A DNA stretch of 64,000 nt, taken from assembly GCF_018350175.1 (NCBI RefSeq), contig NC_058369.1, positions 25,546,001 to 25,610,000 on the forward strand. Direction: 5' to 3'. Below, in pieces: positions 13,601 to 27,700 of this stretch. Below the pieces are notes generated by a model. It made no database searches and was not told the DNA's origin. It saw only the letters and a program-made list of their open reading frames with translations. This DNA is from Felis catus. Its lineage: Eukaryota. The position numbers and the translations under genes are program-made. Every line of letters begins with the position of its first letter. Position 1 is the stretch's first letter.

Positions 13601-16600
13601 GTTGATATCCCAATTTCATTTCTACATTGTTTTTTTTTTTTCAATTCTTCCTCTTCATTTATTTTTCTGGGTTTCTTCTCTACAACCATCACTCTAGTCC
13701 CAGTTTTGCCCCTATCTGTTAAATGTTGACAATGTGGCATTTAGCATTCCTGGACCTCTGTAAAATAAATGGATGGCCTAGAGCTGGATTGTCTGATAAG
13801 CTAGCCCAGTATTCATATGTGCCTGTTTATACTTTTTACTAATTAAATCTAATTTAACTAATTAAATAACTTCATCTTAAGTAGTTAAAGTTAAATAAGA
13901 TTTAAAGTCAGTTCTCAACTGCACTAGCCAAATTTCAAATGCTCAATAACCACATTTGACTAGTATCTACCTTCCTGGACAATGCAGACATTTCCATTAT
14001 TGCAGAAAGTTGTTTTGGACAGTGCTGGCCTATAAAACTTTTAATTTCCTACCAGATTATTTCAGCAAACATCCTATTTACTTCATATTTGGGAGATGGA
14101 GTCAGCTTTTTCCTCACTCCCCCATAGTGTTTCCTAAATACTCTACCCCACCCTTTCCACCTTCTGCTCCTTTGACAACCCATGCTCCCTGCTGTCACTC
14201 ACCAGCACCTCAGCATTCCCATCATTAGCTAAAGCCTTTGATACATGGCTCAATTTTTTTCACTCTGGCCTGATCCACTGTTTGTGAGGGGGGAGCATCT
14301 CAATATGGCAGCCCCTCAGATCCTTGACTACCCTATCTTCACTTAGGTTTTTCCTACTGCACTCCAGCCATCCAGTTTATACACCTGGGACCTTCTCTCC
14401 TGGAACACTACACAATTCTGAAATACTAAATTCAAGCTTCCCAGTCTCCGATGCATCCAGTGCTCTCACTCATTGACTACTCATCTACCCAATCATCTAC
14501 TCCACTTACTCTCCACTTTCATATCCCTGCTGTTTTCACTTCTGTCATTGTTAAGCAGCTTCCTTCCATGGCCTAGCTCTTCTAGAACTCTCATACCAGT
14601 ATCTTCAAAGTCTTTCTGTACTTCCAGTCCAGCAGCATAATCTACACTCACATCCAAGCTGCTTAGACCGGTAGGGAAAATCTCACAAAGGCAGACCTTG
14701 GCACTACTACTACTACTAGTCCTCAGACAGGCTTCTGTGCTTTCCTAGCAATTATCTTTCCCATTTTCCATAATGGCTAATTTAAATCTTCCTCCTTTTC
14801 TCCTCCAGTGTACAAAGAACTAGGGTCTACCACTTCACAAAGAAAAGATAAATCATCAAAAGGACTTGCTTTCAGATTTCCACTATCAAATTCATACATC
14901 CACCTATATCTATACCTATCCTTTTCCTCTTTCCTCTCATCCAATATGAGACAATCCTCCCACCTGGCTCTGAATTCGACTTTGATTAGCCCCTCTCCTC
15001 TTCTGAATCTTTATTACTCCTTAGCTCAATCAATGTAACTGAAAGAAGGAATTTGAATAAACGACCAACCACCTACGAAAATGTGCTGGTGTATTTGAAT
15101 GCTAATTAAATTAATTTGCTTACTTAGTAGTGTGGTTATTTCATGTAAGTATGAAAATAAGTTGTGATATATGCAGTGGAATACCAATACAGATATAAAA
15201 AGAATAAATAAGTAAAATGGAAGTACAACACCATGAATATCACAGATGCCACATTGACCACAAGAAGGAAAATACTCAGGAGTATGATTCCATATACATG
15301 AAGTTCAAGAACCAGCAAAACTAATTTATCACAGTAGAAGAAAGAATAGCAATTGCACCAGTGGGAAGGGTATACTTATTCAGAAGGAATCAGTGAGTGT
15401 AGCTTGTAGAGTGAAAGAAATTTTATGCATCTTTATTTAAATGATGGTTATGTGAATGCACAAGTTTTTTAAAAAAGCGCAGAATCTAAACTTAAAATTA
15501 GTCACATTTTATAATTTACATATGGTCTCTCATAGAAGACTTCTATTTTCTAGTTCTTTTGTATATTTCACAGCTTCTAAGGTAATGCAACACATGCAAG
15601 TACTGAAGCATTCAATGTTTTCCTTTTTTAAAAATGTTTATTTATTTTTGGGGCGCCTGGGTGGCGCAGTCGGTTAAGCGTCCGACTTCAGCCAGGTCAC
15701 GATCTCGCAGTCCGTGAGTTCCAGCCCCGCGTCGGGCTCTGGGCTGATGGCTCAGAGCCTGGAGCCTGTTTCCGATTCTGTGTCTCCCTCTCTCTCTGCC
15801 CCTCCCCCGTTCATGCTCTGTCTCTCTCTGTCCCAAAAATAAATAAACGTTGAAAAAAAAATTTTTTTAAATGTTTATTTATTTTTGAGAGAGAGAGAGA
15901 GCACGTGCGCAAGGGAGAGGGGGAGAGGGAGAGAGAGAGAGAGGAGAGAGAAAATCTGAAGCAGGTTCCAGGCTCTAGATGTCAGCACAGAGAGCCTGAT
16001 GCAGGGCTTGAACCAATGAACTGCGAGATCATGACCTGAGCTGAAGTGGGAAGCTTAACTGACTGAGCCACCCAGGTGCCCCGCATTCAATGTTTTCAAA
16101 ATGGAATAAGGCCCTTTTATTTTCTCCTAAAATATTAAAGTTCTATAAGAAACCATAAGACAGGAGTCACTTAACAACTTAACACCTACTACAATACCAC
16201 ACCTTCCTGTTAACACAACGGTTTTAATATACTTTTATTCTATAAAAAAAAAAGTAAGCAGAGAATTTATTATAGCATAGTTTTCATTTAAAAGATAATC
16301 TATAAACTTACTACACTTGCTGCACCCTTTGCTTTAAATATATAGTCCTAGTCAATTAGTTGTTGAACACATAACATTGCTTAAGCATATTTACATGTAT
16401 TTTGTTTTATAACTGGCAAAAAAAATCATTTTACATTAAATCTACCATTTTAACCCTTCTTAAGTTTACAGCTCAGTAGTGTTTGGTATATTCATATTGT
16501 GTATCAGTTTTGCTTTTAATCAGGAGGATTTACCTTTTTATTATCATCCAATACTGTGTTCATGCTCTCTATCCACAAAGTGTCAATGGGACCATCGAAT

Positions 16601-19600
16601 ACAACCCATTTCCGGTCAGGTGTTTCTGATAAGGCAAATTCTCTAAAAGTGTTGGCCACAATACCATCAGTCCACTGGGGAAGAAAAAGAGAGTTGGGAA
16701 GCTTTCTTTATAAGACTATAAAGTGATCATATAAAAACATTTCAAATTTCGTGGTTTAAAGCACACTGTCAATAAGAGAATATTTATACTGTAGATTACC
16801 TCATGAGACACTGGGTCAAACTGTCCAAAAAGTTGACCCATAGTAATGGATTTGGGGTTTACAGTCCTATAAATAACCTTTTCTTCCTCTCCATAGCCAC
16901 GTTCATTCATAAGAGTTAGAGTATCAGCCAGCATATGCAGAACTTTTGTCTTAGCAGCAAAAGGCTCTCCTACCAACATAAAACTACAAAGGAAAAGAAT
17001 TATACAATATGATTCTAAAAAAATAATGGTAAATTATTTTCCTGTTTTACTGGTATTTATAATTTTTGAAATTCTATTAATTTTTCTCAGACACGAGAAT
17101 ACATTTAACTTCTGAACTGGTTGATTTCTAAGATTCTCTTCATTAATACCACTACCTACAAAAGAGAATAAAAAAACGTCCAAATGAAAATGAAAACTTA
17201 ATTATACACTCTTAAAATTAAAAAAATAAAGACTTTGGGCCTCCCAAGAAGAGAAATGGGAAAGATTGCCCTTCCTGAAGTCTTTACTTACTATGGTAAT
17301 TACTTTTTGCTCTTTGCCAAATACTTCTGAATCTCCTCTCTCCCAGCACATAGAAGGATTCCTCGCCCTCTTGTTGAAATACTAGGTGACTAATGAGTAC
17401 CAAGTGGAAACACGGGTGTTACTTCCTAGCAGGAAGGGTATAGATCATTGCCTGCAACGGAGCCTACAGAGCTCTCTTCTTACAGGGCTTTTCCCTCTAG
17501 CACAGCTGTGACCATCATGTTGAGATGGTGGATGCTCCAATAGCCTGGGACCCTGAATAATTATGATGAGCAGATACTTCCTGTTAACCTGGAGTGGACA
17601 CAGCATGAATGGGAAATAAACCTTTGTTTGTTTGTTTGTTTGTTTGTTTGTTTGTTTTTTAAGTCACTAAGATTTGGGTTTTAGTGACTGATCGTTTCTA
17701 AAGAATAATCTAGCCCATCCTTACTGGAGAGAAATTAGTTCCCAGAAGGGGGTAAAGTATTCTTAAGACTTAAATATGTGGTAATGACTTAGAGGCCAGG
17801 TTGTTGGTGGCAAATTAACCATTATTACAGGCTAAAAAAAGATTGGCAATTAATGTTAGGCAATGATGAAACATTTGGCAAATTTGTTCGTTGAGATAAC
17901 TTGGAATACAGATAATATACATAATGAAATTGTCATTTTAGGAAAAAGGGTAGTAAACAGATGATTATTAATATATGATGGCAGCTGATGGCTGCATTTA
18001 ACAAAGAACTACAGGAGAGAAATGAGCCCAGAAAAAAAATAGCCAGTTTGAAAGTTGGAATGAAAGAACAGAGGGAGTCCAGAAATTCAGGAACCTATAA
18101 GCAACTTATTCTTATTCCCAACTGGTAAATAAAGATAATTTGAGAAAGCCTTTGAACAACAAAAATCTACTCAGCCTGGCAACAAGGATCACATTAAAGG
18201 TAGGGCCATTGTATCACTTTATTAAAATCTATGAAAGATTAATATAGTTCCCAGTAATCATTTCAGGAGGATAAAATAATTCAGGAAAAATAGATTAAGT
18301 TTGTGGCCTTCCCAATTAAGCCTGATCAATTCAACGATACTGCAAGGAAATTTATAAAGGTATGACTTAGTAAGGACTGTAGTTGTAGCTACTGGCACAG
18401 AGAGCTGCCTGGAATCAAATAAGTTTACCAAGTTTTTGAGGGAGTTTACTGACAAACCATGAGTCTAGACTAAAACATGTGAATGTTCAAGACTTAAAAA
18501 TGATCCTCACGTATTAGATGCATAAGGGTTGATTGTATTAGTTCCTGTATTTTTTTTTTTTAGTTTTTCAATTCCATCTATTTTTGTCTACATTTGAAAA
18601 TGTACACAATGTGAAGCTGTTTAATTTTTTTTATCCTGCCTTTAAAAAAAAATCATAACTTTTGAGACCTCAACTTCCCATAGGCAGGAAGCAGGCTAAA
18701 AACATTTCTCAGCTCCCAAAGACATATTCTCTATTGTCTACTTTACATGTGACTTTACAGGGAAAAAAATGAAGATGGAAAGCTCTCTCAAGAAAGTTGA
18801 ACCGAGGTCCACAGAGAACAATTAACAGGAAAGGCCCTTCCAGGGAGCAAAACCATGCAAAAGTAGATCCAGGTTTTAGGGGATCTAAAGTTTATACAGT
18901 TAGTGGAGCGGGCTCTCCAAGGAAAAAATTATATATGTAACTACTGATGCAAAATGTCCACAGCTACTTTAATGACACCCTATATAATAAAGCATGTATA
19001 TCAAATGATTATGACTCCTTGGAAAGCCCTCTACAAGTGAAAGAACCTGAGGTTTAAATGATCAGTTTCGTAGTCAATGTATCTCTGGGACTGGGGCTCC
19101 TCACATGCCCAGCTGGGTTTCAGGACTGCTACCCACAATTGCTGGCTGTGTCTCCAGTTCTTCAACTTCTGGCTGGTAGTGTTTGCTCCAATAACCTGTT
19201 CTGGGAAGCCCACTATTATAATGAAGACTGGTGTGTGGAGGGCAGATAACTTGTCTTTCTACTTTGTAGGTCTTTGGATCATGAGGAACAACTTCCAAAT
19301 CTGATATAGAAACCATCATGCATCACCTAGAGAGCCTGAACTTTGAGTATGGTTCATTGACTAGAACTTTTAAATTGTATTCCTGGGAAGGGAAGAGTGT
19401 GTTTTATGTGCACGAAGGAGAGTAAATAACACATTTGATGACCAAAAGGGCAAATTGTGGTGGTCATTAGTGCTACATCACTGAATGAGGACGCCTTACC
19501 AATCAATCCATGTTGGATGGGCAGCATGAGACGGAAATAAACCTTTGTTTTTAAGGGATGGGAAATGGAGGATGGGGCTCTTTGTCTCTTAGCCTACCTG

Positions 19601-21625
19601 AGTAGCTGAATCTTTTAGTTAACAAATTGTAGTTGTTTTAATAGTTTAATTTGAAAACAGCATCTAACCATGGCAGACAATGATAATCTATAATCTTACC
19701 CATGTCTAACAATCATCATTTCATATGTCTGAATCATTTTTTCAAGAAAAAATTTAACTGGCTGAAGATTATGTACTTTGCAGGCTTCATGAGCACATTC
19801 CAAAAATTCCTAAAGTAAAAGAAAAATGGAATGAATTCTTATAAAATGGTATTACAAATGATATCCATGTCTTATAAATGTAGACTTTTCATTTTAAAAT
19901 AAAAAATTGTATCTTTTTATATTGATAAATTATTTCTTAAAGTTTTATTTTTAAAGTTGAATGTTTTAATTAAAAGGAAGAACAAATAGAATTAAACTAC
20001 TTTAAAAATATTATTATTCCCTATTATAAGTTAATGATCATAGCACCATAGCATTGGGTGCAGGCTGCATGGAAACAACTCCTTTTATTTTTATTTTTAA
20101 AAACTTTTAATGTTCATTTATTTTTGAGAGAGACAGAGCATGAGCAGGGGAAGGGAAGAGAGAGAGGGAGACACAGAATCTGAAGCAGGCTCCAGGTTCC
20201 AAGCTGTCAGCACAGAGTGCGTTGTGGGGCTCAAACTTGCAGACCTCAAGATCATGACCTGAGCCAAAGTCGGACGCTCAACCTACTGAGCTACCCAGGA
20301 GCCCTAGAAACAACTCCTTTTAATAGGGTTTTCAAGAGTTTCACCTTTGGTTAGGATACAGAAGGACATGCCAAACAATCCTTCACACTGTCATAACTAG
20401 AAATAAACAGTTTAAACATAGTTTTTCTACAAAACACCATACCGCTTTAGTCTCTACAATTATTTTATACATAGTTTTTAACATAAAATCAAACTTTACA
20501 AGTCATGAGAGAGTATAGCTGAAGATCAAGAGGAAAAAAATAGAAAATAAACTCCCAGATGACCTAGATGTCATAATTAGTAGACAAGAACATTAAAATA
20601 ATGTCCTCTCTCCTTGGTCCTCCCCTGCTGGTGTGTGTGCACGCTCTCTCAAAAATAAATAAACTGTAAAAAATAAAGAATAAAGTTTTTATATTGTTTC
20701 TGAAATGGTAAAATACAAACCTAAGGTAAACTGTAATAATTCGAGGATGTATATTATATCCTGTGGAGTAACCACTGAAGTAAAACTAAAAATTCAACAG
20801 AGAAGAATAATGGAGAAATAGACATTATCTGAAACCCAAAAGAAGTCAGTAAAGGAAAAATAAAGGAATATTATACATATTAAAAAGCAGTATGACATAG
20901 TTTCGAGTTTTTTTGTTTTTGTTTTTGTTTTTGTTTTTGTTTTTCCCTTTGGCCCTGGGCCCCTTGGCTCATCTGTAGGTGCACTGAGCCACTTGGCCAC
21001 ACACCTCCCAGCACTGACTCTTAGTAGTATTTTTCAAGCTGAAAGCTGTAGGTCCATGGATTTGTTGCTATATTCATAGAAGTACAGGAATTTTCCATGA
21101 CAATGTTACAGTTTTTGTATTCTTATTCTGATTTTTAAAAATAATATTAGCATACCCTGAATCATCTTGTTTATTACCCGTAGTATAATATAACAATATA
21201 TATGGTCTTTATTCCCAGTTCCTGGCACAGAGCTCCTATAACCCTGAAAATTTCATGAGTGATAGGAGTGTCTTCGTTACTCTTAATGAGCCCTTGTCAA
21301 TCACATCCAAGTTTATGCTGATGAAGTGACTTAGAGTGGGGACCTGAGATAGTCTCGGGATGGGACTGGTGGCAAGAAAGACCCAGTGATTAGAGGGTTG
21401 GAACTTTCAGCCTTTGGTGAAGGCATTGGGTGGTGGGGAGGGAGGGACAGGGTGGAAGATTGAGCTCTGTAAAAACTCTGACACAATGAGATTCAGAGAG
21501 CTTCTGGTTTGGTGGCACACCAAAATGCAGGGAGAATGACATACCTTGAAGCATGCTGCCACCCACTATATCACCATATCTATACATCTCTTCCATTTGG
21601 TCCTTCCTGAGTTGTATCCTTTATA

Positions 21626-21663
<38 letters not shown>

Positions 21664-21700
21664 AAGAGAGAAAGAGAGTACTAGACTGGGGAAGAAGAGC

Positions 21701-21735
<35 letters not shown>

Positions 21736-24700
21736 ATGTTAAGCAGGCTCCCCCCTGCTCAGAGCAGAGCTCGATGCAGGCACGACCCTGGGATCATTAT
21801 ATGATAGGAAAAGATAGGGTAAAATAGGCAGAAAGAGAAAGGTTAGGACCTGGGGTCCCTGGATGGGTAAAGCATATTTTTAATTTTTTTAACATTTATT
21901 TATTTTTAAGAGACAGAGAAGAAGGGGGAGAGGGGCAGAGAGAGGGGGAGACACAGAATCTGAAGCAGGCTCCAGGCTCTGAGCTGTCAGCACAGAGCCC
22001 AACACAGGGCTCAAACCCACGAACTGTGAGATCATGACCTGAGCTGAAGCCAGAAGCCCAACCAATGAGCCACCCAGGCGTCCCAAAAACACATTATTTT
22101 AAAACAATGCTGGGAACATCTGACCATGAGCAAACTCCTTCAGGGGTAAGGTTCTAGGGTTCCTCTTACGAATTTAACGAGAGCACCTACTACCCCTCAC
22201 ATGTTTCCCTCAGGAATGTGACAAAATAACTAACTAAAAGTTAGTAGCAGACTATAAAACGTAAGGCCCACAAGGAACTGGTTTGGCCATAGACCATCCC
22301 TCATACAATGGAAACCAGCCAATTGAAAAGGAATGACTAGACATTTAGAGTTACCTCGCTAATAAGGGTAAGACCTAAGAAGGGACAAGGGGGAAGATAA
22401 GGAGCTGACCAAAACCCTATAAAACTAAGTCCCTTGCCTACAGTCCACAAGCCTTCACTTTCAAATGCCCCCTCTCTGTAATGAGAGCTTTCATACTATT
22501 CTTACTTTCTGATCTTATACTCTAATAAACTTTTGCCTGCTGCTCATTTTATTCTGTGTCCACCTCTTCATTCTTGGAAGCAGCGAGACAATGAATCCAG
22601 GGTACTGAGGTGAAAATTCCTGCAACAAAGACCTGAGTTGAAAATCAAGAGTCAGACCCTTAACCAACTGAGCCACTCAGGCACCCCTCCCCACTTTTTA
22701 AAGTAGCTTCCACACCCAACATGGGGCTTGAACTCACAATCCTGAGACCAAGACTCACATGGTTAACTGCCTGAGCCAACCAGGCACCCCCCCTGAGTTG
22801 TATCCTTTATAATAAACCAGTAAACATTAATAATAAACTGTGTTCTTGAGTTCTGAGAGCTGTTCTAACAAATTATCAAAGCTGGGTGGGGAGGTTGTGG
22901 AAAGTCCAGCCAGTCAGCAGTACAGGTGACCAGAGACTCAAAACTGTCTGAAGTGAGGGGAAGTCTTGTAGGACAGAGCCCTTAATCTGTGGAGTCTGAC
23001 CAGGTAGCTAGTGTCAGAATTGAACTGTTGAACAACCAGTTGGTGTCCAGAGAAAGAGAATTGGTTGTTGGCTTTGGAAAACGCCCTGGAATCACATTAA
23101 TCTGATATTGCCATAGAATGTAGATTAGTATTTGAGTTTGAAGGTTTAAAGTAAAAAGGCTAAAAAAGTAAATGATGCCTTTAAACCAAGTGACGCCTTA
23201 CTGATATAATAGCTCAAGCAAATTGAAACTTTTATAGTAATATCAATAGGAAGAGGGGGTGGAAGAATTGAATCATCAAATGGTAAAAGGTAGTTTATAT
23301 ATGCTGAACTCAAAAAGTCTTCACTATACATTTTATCATTTAAATTGCCATAAAGTGACATTTAATTTCAGCCACACATCCTCTATCTCATTAAGATTGT
23401 TTTGTTTGTAATTTTAAATTTTATTTTGATTTTGGCACAAAAATAGACATATAGATCAATGGAACAAAATAGAAAACCCCAAAGTAAACCCATAATTATA
23501 TACGCGATTAATGTCCTTCAACAAAGGAGGCAAAGATATGCAATAGGAAAAAGTATCTTCAACAAATGGTGCTGGGAAAACTGGACAGCTACCTGCAAAA
23601 GAATGAAACCGTGCCACTTTCTTACACCACACCCAAAAATAAACTCAAAATGAATTAAAGACCTAAATGTGAGACCTGAAACATAAAAATCCCAGAGGAG
23701 AGCACAGGCAGTAATGTCTCACATCAGCCAAAGTGACATTTTTCTAGATATTTCTGAGGCAAGGGCAATAAAAGCAAAAATAAACTATTGGGAAATCTTC
23801 AAAATAAAAAGCACAACAGAGGAAACAATCAACAAAACCAAAAGGCAACCTACTGAGTGGGAGGAGATATTTGCAAATGACATATTTGATAAAGGATTAG
23901 TATCCAAAATATATAAAGCAACTACAAAACTCAACACCCAAAACACAAATAATCCAGTGAAGAAATGGGCAGAAGACATGAATAGACATTTCTCCAAAGA
24001 AGACATCCAGATGGCCAACAGACACATGAAAAGATGCTCAACATCACTCATCAGGGAAATACAAATCAAAACTACAGTGAGATATCACCTCAGACCTATT
24101 GGAATGACTAAAATCAAAAACAGAAGAAACAACAAGTATTGGCGAAGATGTGGAGAAAAGGAACCGTCTTGTATTGTTGGTGGGAATGCAAACTGGTGCA
24201 GCCGCTCTGGAAAACACTATGGAGTTTCCTCAAAAAGTTAAAAATTGAGTTACCCTATAATCTAGCAATTGCACTTTGGGGTATTTACTCAAAGAATACA
24301 AAAACATTAACTCAAAGGGATATATGCACCCCTATTTTTATTGCAGTATTAATGACAGCCAAATTATGGAAGCAGCCCAAATGTCCACAGATAGAGGAAT
24401 GGATAAAGGTGTGGTGTATACACACAATGGAATATTACTCAGCCATAAAAAGGAATGAAATCTTGCCATTTGCAACAACATGGATGGAGCTAGAGAGTAT
24501 AATGCTAAGTGAAATAAATCAGTCAGAGAAAGCCAAATAATACCTTATGATTGTACTCATATGTGGAATTTAAGAAATAAATGAACAAGGGCAAAAAGAG
24601 AGAAAGAGAGAGAAAAAACAAACAAGAAACAGACTCTAGAGAACAAATGAAAAGTTACCAGAGGGGAGGTGGGTGAAATAGGTGATGGGGGTTAAAGAGT

Positions 24701-27700
24701 ACGCTTATCATGATGGGCACTGAGTGCTATGTAGAACTGTTGAATCACTATATTGTACACTAATATTATACTATAAGCTAACCATTCTGGAATTAAAAAA
24801 CTTAATTAAAAATTTGTATCTTGATTTTCCATAATAATAGCTACTAAATAGCAGACACTTCTTATGTGTATACATATGTATATATATGTACATTATAATG
24901 TCTATAATTTAGAAGAAATTGGAAATACACATGGTTTGTTTCCTTTAATTTTTTTTTTAACATTTACTTATTTTTGAGAGACAGAAGCAGAGCATGAGCA
25001 GGGGAGGGAAAGAGAGAGAGACACAGAATCTGAAGGAGGCTCCAGGCTCTGAGCTGTTTGTTAGCACAGAGCCCGACGTGGGGCCCAAACTCACGAACCG
25101 CAAGACCATGACTTGAGCCAAAGTCAGACGCTCAACCCACTGAGCCACCCAGGAGCCCCTACTTTAAAAATAAAAAAAGTCAGGGGGCACCTGACTGTCT
25201 CAGTCAGTGGAGCATGCAACTCTTGATCTCAGGGTTGTGAGTGTGAGCCCCATGTGGCAGGTAGACATTACTTAAAAATAAAATCTTAAAAAAAAAATAG
25301 CCTATTACTTAAATTTGAAAAATCCTTATGTTAACTACAGGATGTTTTGCCACTTGCAGTTTCCCATCTTTTCTACCTGCCAAAGTACACAATAGCATTA
25401 TAGTATACATTGTAGACTTATTATAAATCACAAGATAGGAAATCAAAGAGTACTCCTTCTCTTAGAAAGAACATTATCTTTGATCTGAATCTTGTTGACA
25501 TTGGTATCATACAACAGAAGACACTAAATTTTATTCATTCTCATTGATGAAAGTGGCCAAAGTAGGGGTTTATCCTCCAAATAGAATAATTTCACTTATT
25601 TGAAACTTTGGAAATGACTGGGTGATCAGATAAATTTATTTGCAAAATAAGTCGTTCTCACAGGTTTACTTACATGATAGTCAGCTTCAGGAAGTTTAAT
25701 ACCAGGAAACAGATCACTAGTTATTCCATTAAATAAGGGGACATCATGTGATAGAAACTTCGGTTCATTTACATCCTTAATTGATCGAAGAAGCTAAAAT
25801 CATCCAAATAGTGCAATAGAAATTAATTGTCCTTATTCCTCACCCTCCCCACCACCAAAAGTCGAAGTTCCTTTCACATTCTTCTATGGAATCCCCCTAC
25901 TAAAACACCAACTTTATATTCATATAAAGTATAATGAATAACATAACCCCAAACTATTATTTCAACCTCACATAAAAAGGCTCAAAGCAGGGGCACCTGG
26001 GTAGCTCAGTCGGTTAAGTGTCCAACTTTGGGTCAGGTCATGATCTCACAGTCCATGAGTTCGAGCCTGCTCACAGTCCATGAGTTCGAGCCTGCGTCGG
26101 GCTCTGTGCTGACAGCTCAGAGCCTGGAGCCTGTTTCAGATTCTGTGTCTCTCTCTCTCTCTCTGACCCTCCCCCGTTCATGCTCTGTCTCTCTCTGTCT
26201 CAAAAATAAATATTTTTTTTTAAAAATTAAAAAAAAAAAGCTCAAAGCAACAACTTTCTTATTTGCCTATTTATAGCTCCAGATCAACCTTCCTAAAATC
26301 AAAACAAAACAAAACAAAAAAAGATCTTCTACTGAAGCTTTCACGGTGTATATATTTAATACTTACAAGTATATCTTCATTTTCATTTGGAAATTTTAGT
26401 TTAAGGTTTCCAGCAGCCACTAAAACCGCTTTTACTGCTCGCATTCCATAGTCGTAATGAAACTGTGAGGAGAGCTGCTCTGAGCAAAGCCTGTAGGTCA
26501 TCACGATCTTCACGGACAGAGGTTTTGCATTCAAAAATCCATAGGAGTAGAGGGAGATTTCTGCTATGAGGGCATAGTTTGGAACCATCATAGCCACTGT
26601 TCTAAAAAGAACCTGAAGTATATAATGAACGAAATATATTATTTTTTAAAGGAAACCATTTTTTTAAAAGATGAGCACAAGCACCCCAACAGAATGCAGT
26701 GACATTCACATTTATTCCCCCAATGCAGCAAGATTTCACTATCTCTGTGGGTTTTTTTTTCTCAGTAGTGTTCTAATGGTTTCACATACTTTAATATGTG
26801 TTAGACACCCAAAAAATGTTTTTAGAGGTTTACCTTACAGCTATTGTAAGAGGCAAAGGGGAGATTTACAAATACATGTGGGAAAATCACACCATTTTGA
26901 GTGGCTTATGCTGTTATTTTTGATTAACAAATTTATATTCTTATAAAATATTACCTTAAGATTGTCTGGCAATTCAGAACGTCCTGCATAGCCAGGATTC
27001 ATCGTGATAGCTACAAAACAGTTTGGATTGAGCTTAAGTTCTGTCCCTTCAAAAATAAACACATCCAGTTTCTGTTGAATGGCTCTCTGAATGCAAAGGA
27101 TCTGTTGAGCTACCACTGACAACACTTCCAACTCAATTCGATTAAATTCATCAAAGCAAGCCCAAGCACCAGAAGAAGCCAATCCTTTAAAAAACTAAGG
27201 ACAAGAAAAAAGGAGATGAGTTTTCATATGATGGGGCATCATCTGTTAAACAAATATTTAATCTTTTAAGTCAAAACTGAAAATGAAGACTAATAATCCC
27301 TTCGGATAAAAAGAATGTCTTATAGAGGACAGAGGGGTTTGTGGGAGGGGCGATGGGCTAAATGGGTAAGGAACTTTAAGGAAGACACTTGGGATGAGCA
27401 CTGGGTGTTATACATAGAGGATGAATCACTAGAATCTACTCCTGAATTCATTGTTGTGCTATATGGTAACTTGGATGTAAATTTAAAAATTAATTAATTA
27501 ATTATTTTTAAAAATTTACTGGTCACAATTTTTATTTTTCTAAAAATAAATAATTAATTAAACCCTTAAAAAAAAAAGAATGTGTTTACCTCTATAACTG
27601 AAGTTCAAGCAATGCATAAACCATATTCACATAATGTTTAAATGTTCAGATTATCCAGTTGGACATAGCTATAGATTTGTAACATTTAATATGAAACTTT

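Noticed and set aside
27490..27572. Possible short 3' transduction after the L1 fragment at 27320
   Set aside because: Too short and AT-rich to distinguish from a decayed tail.
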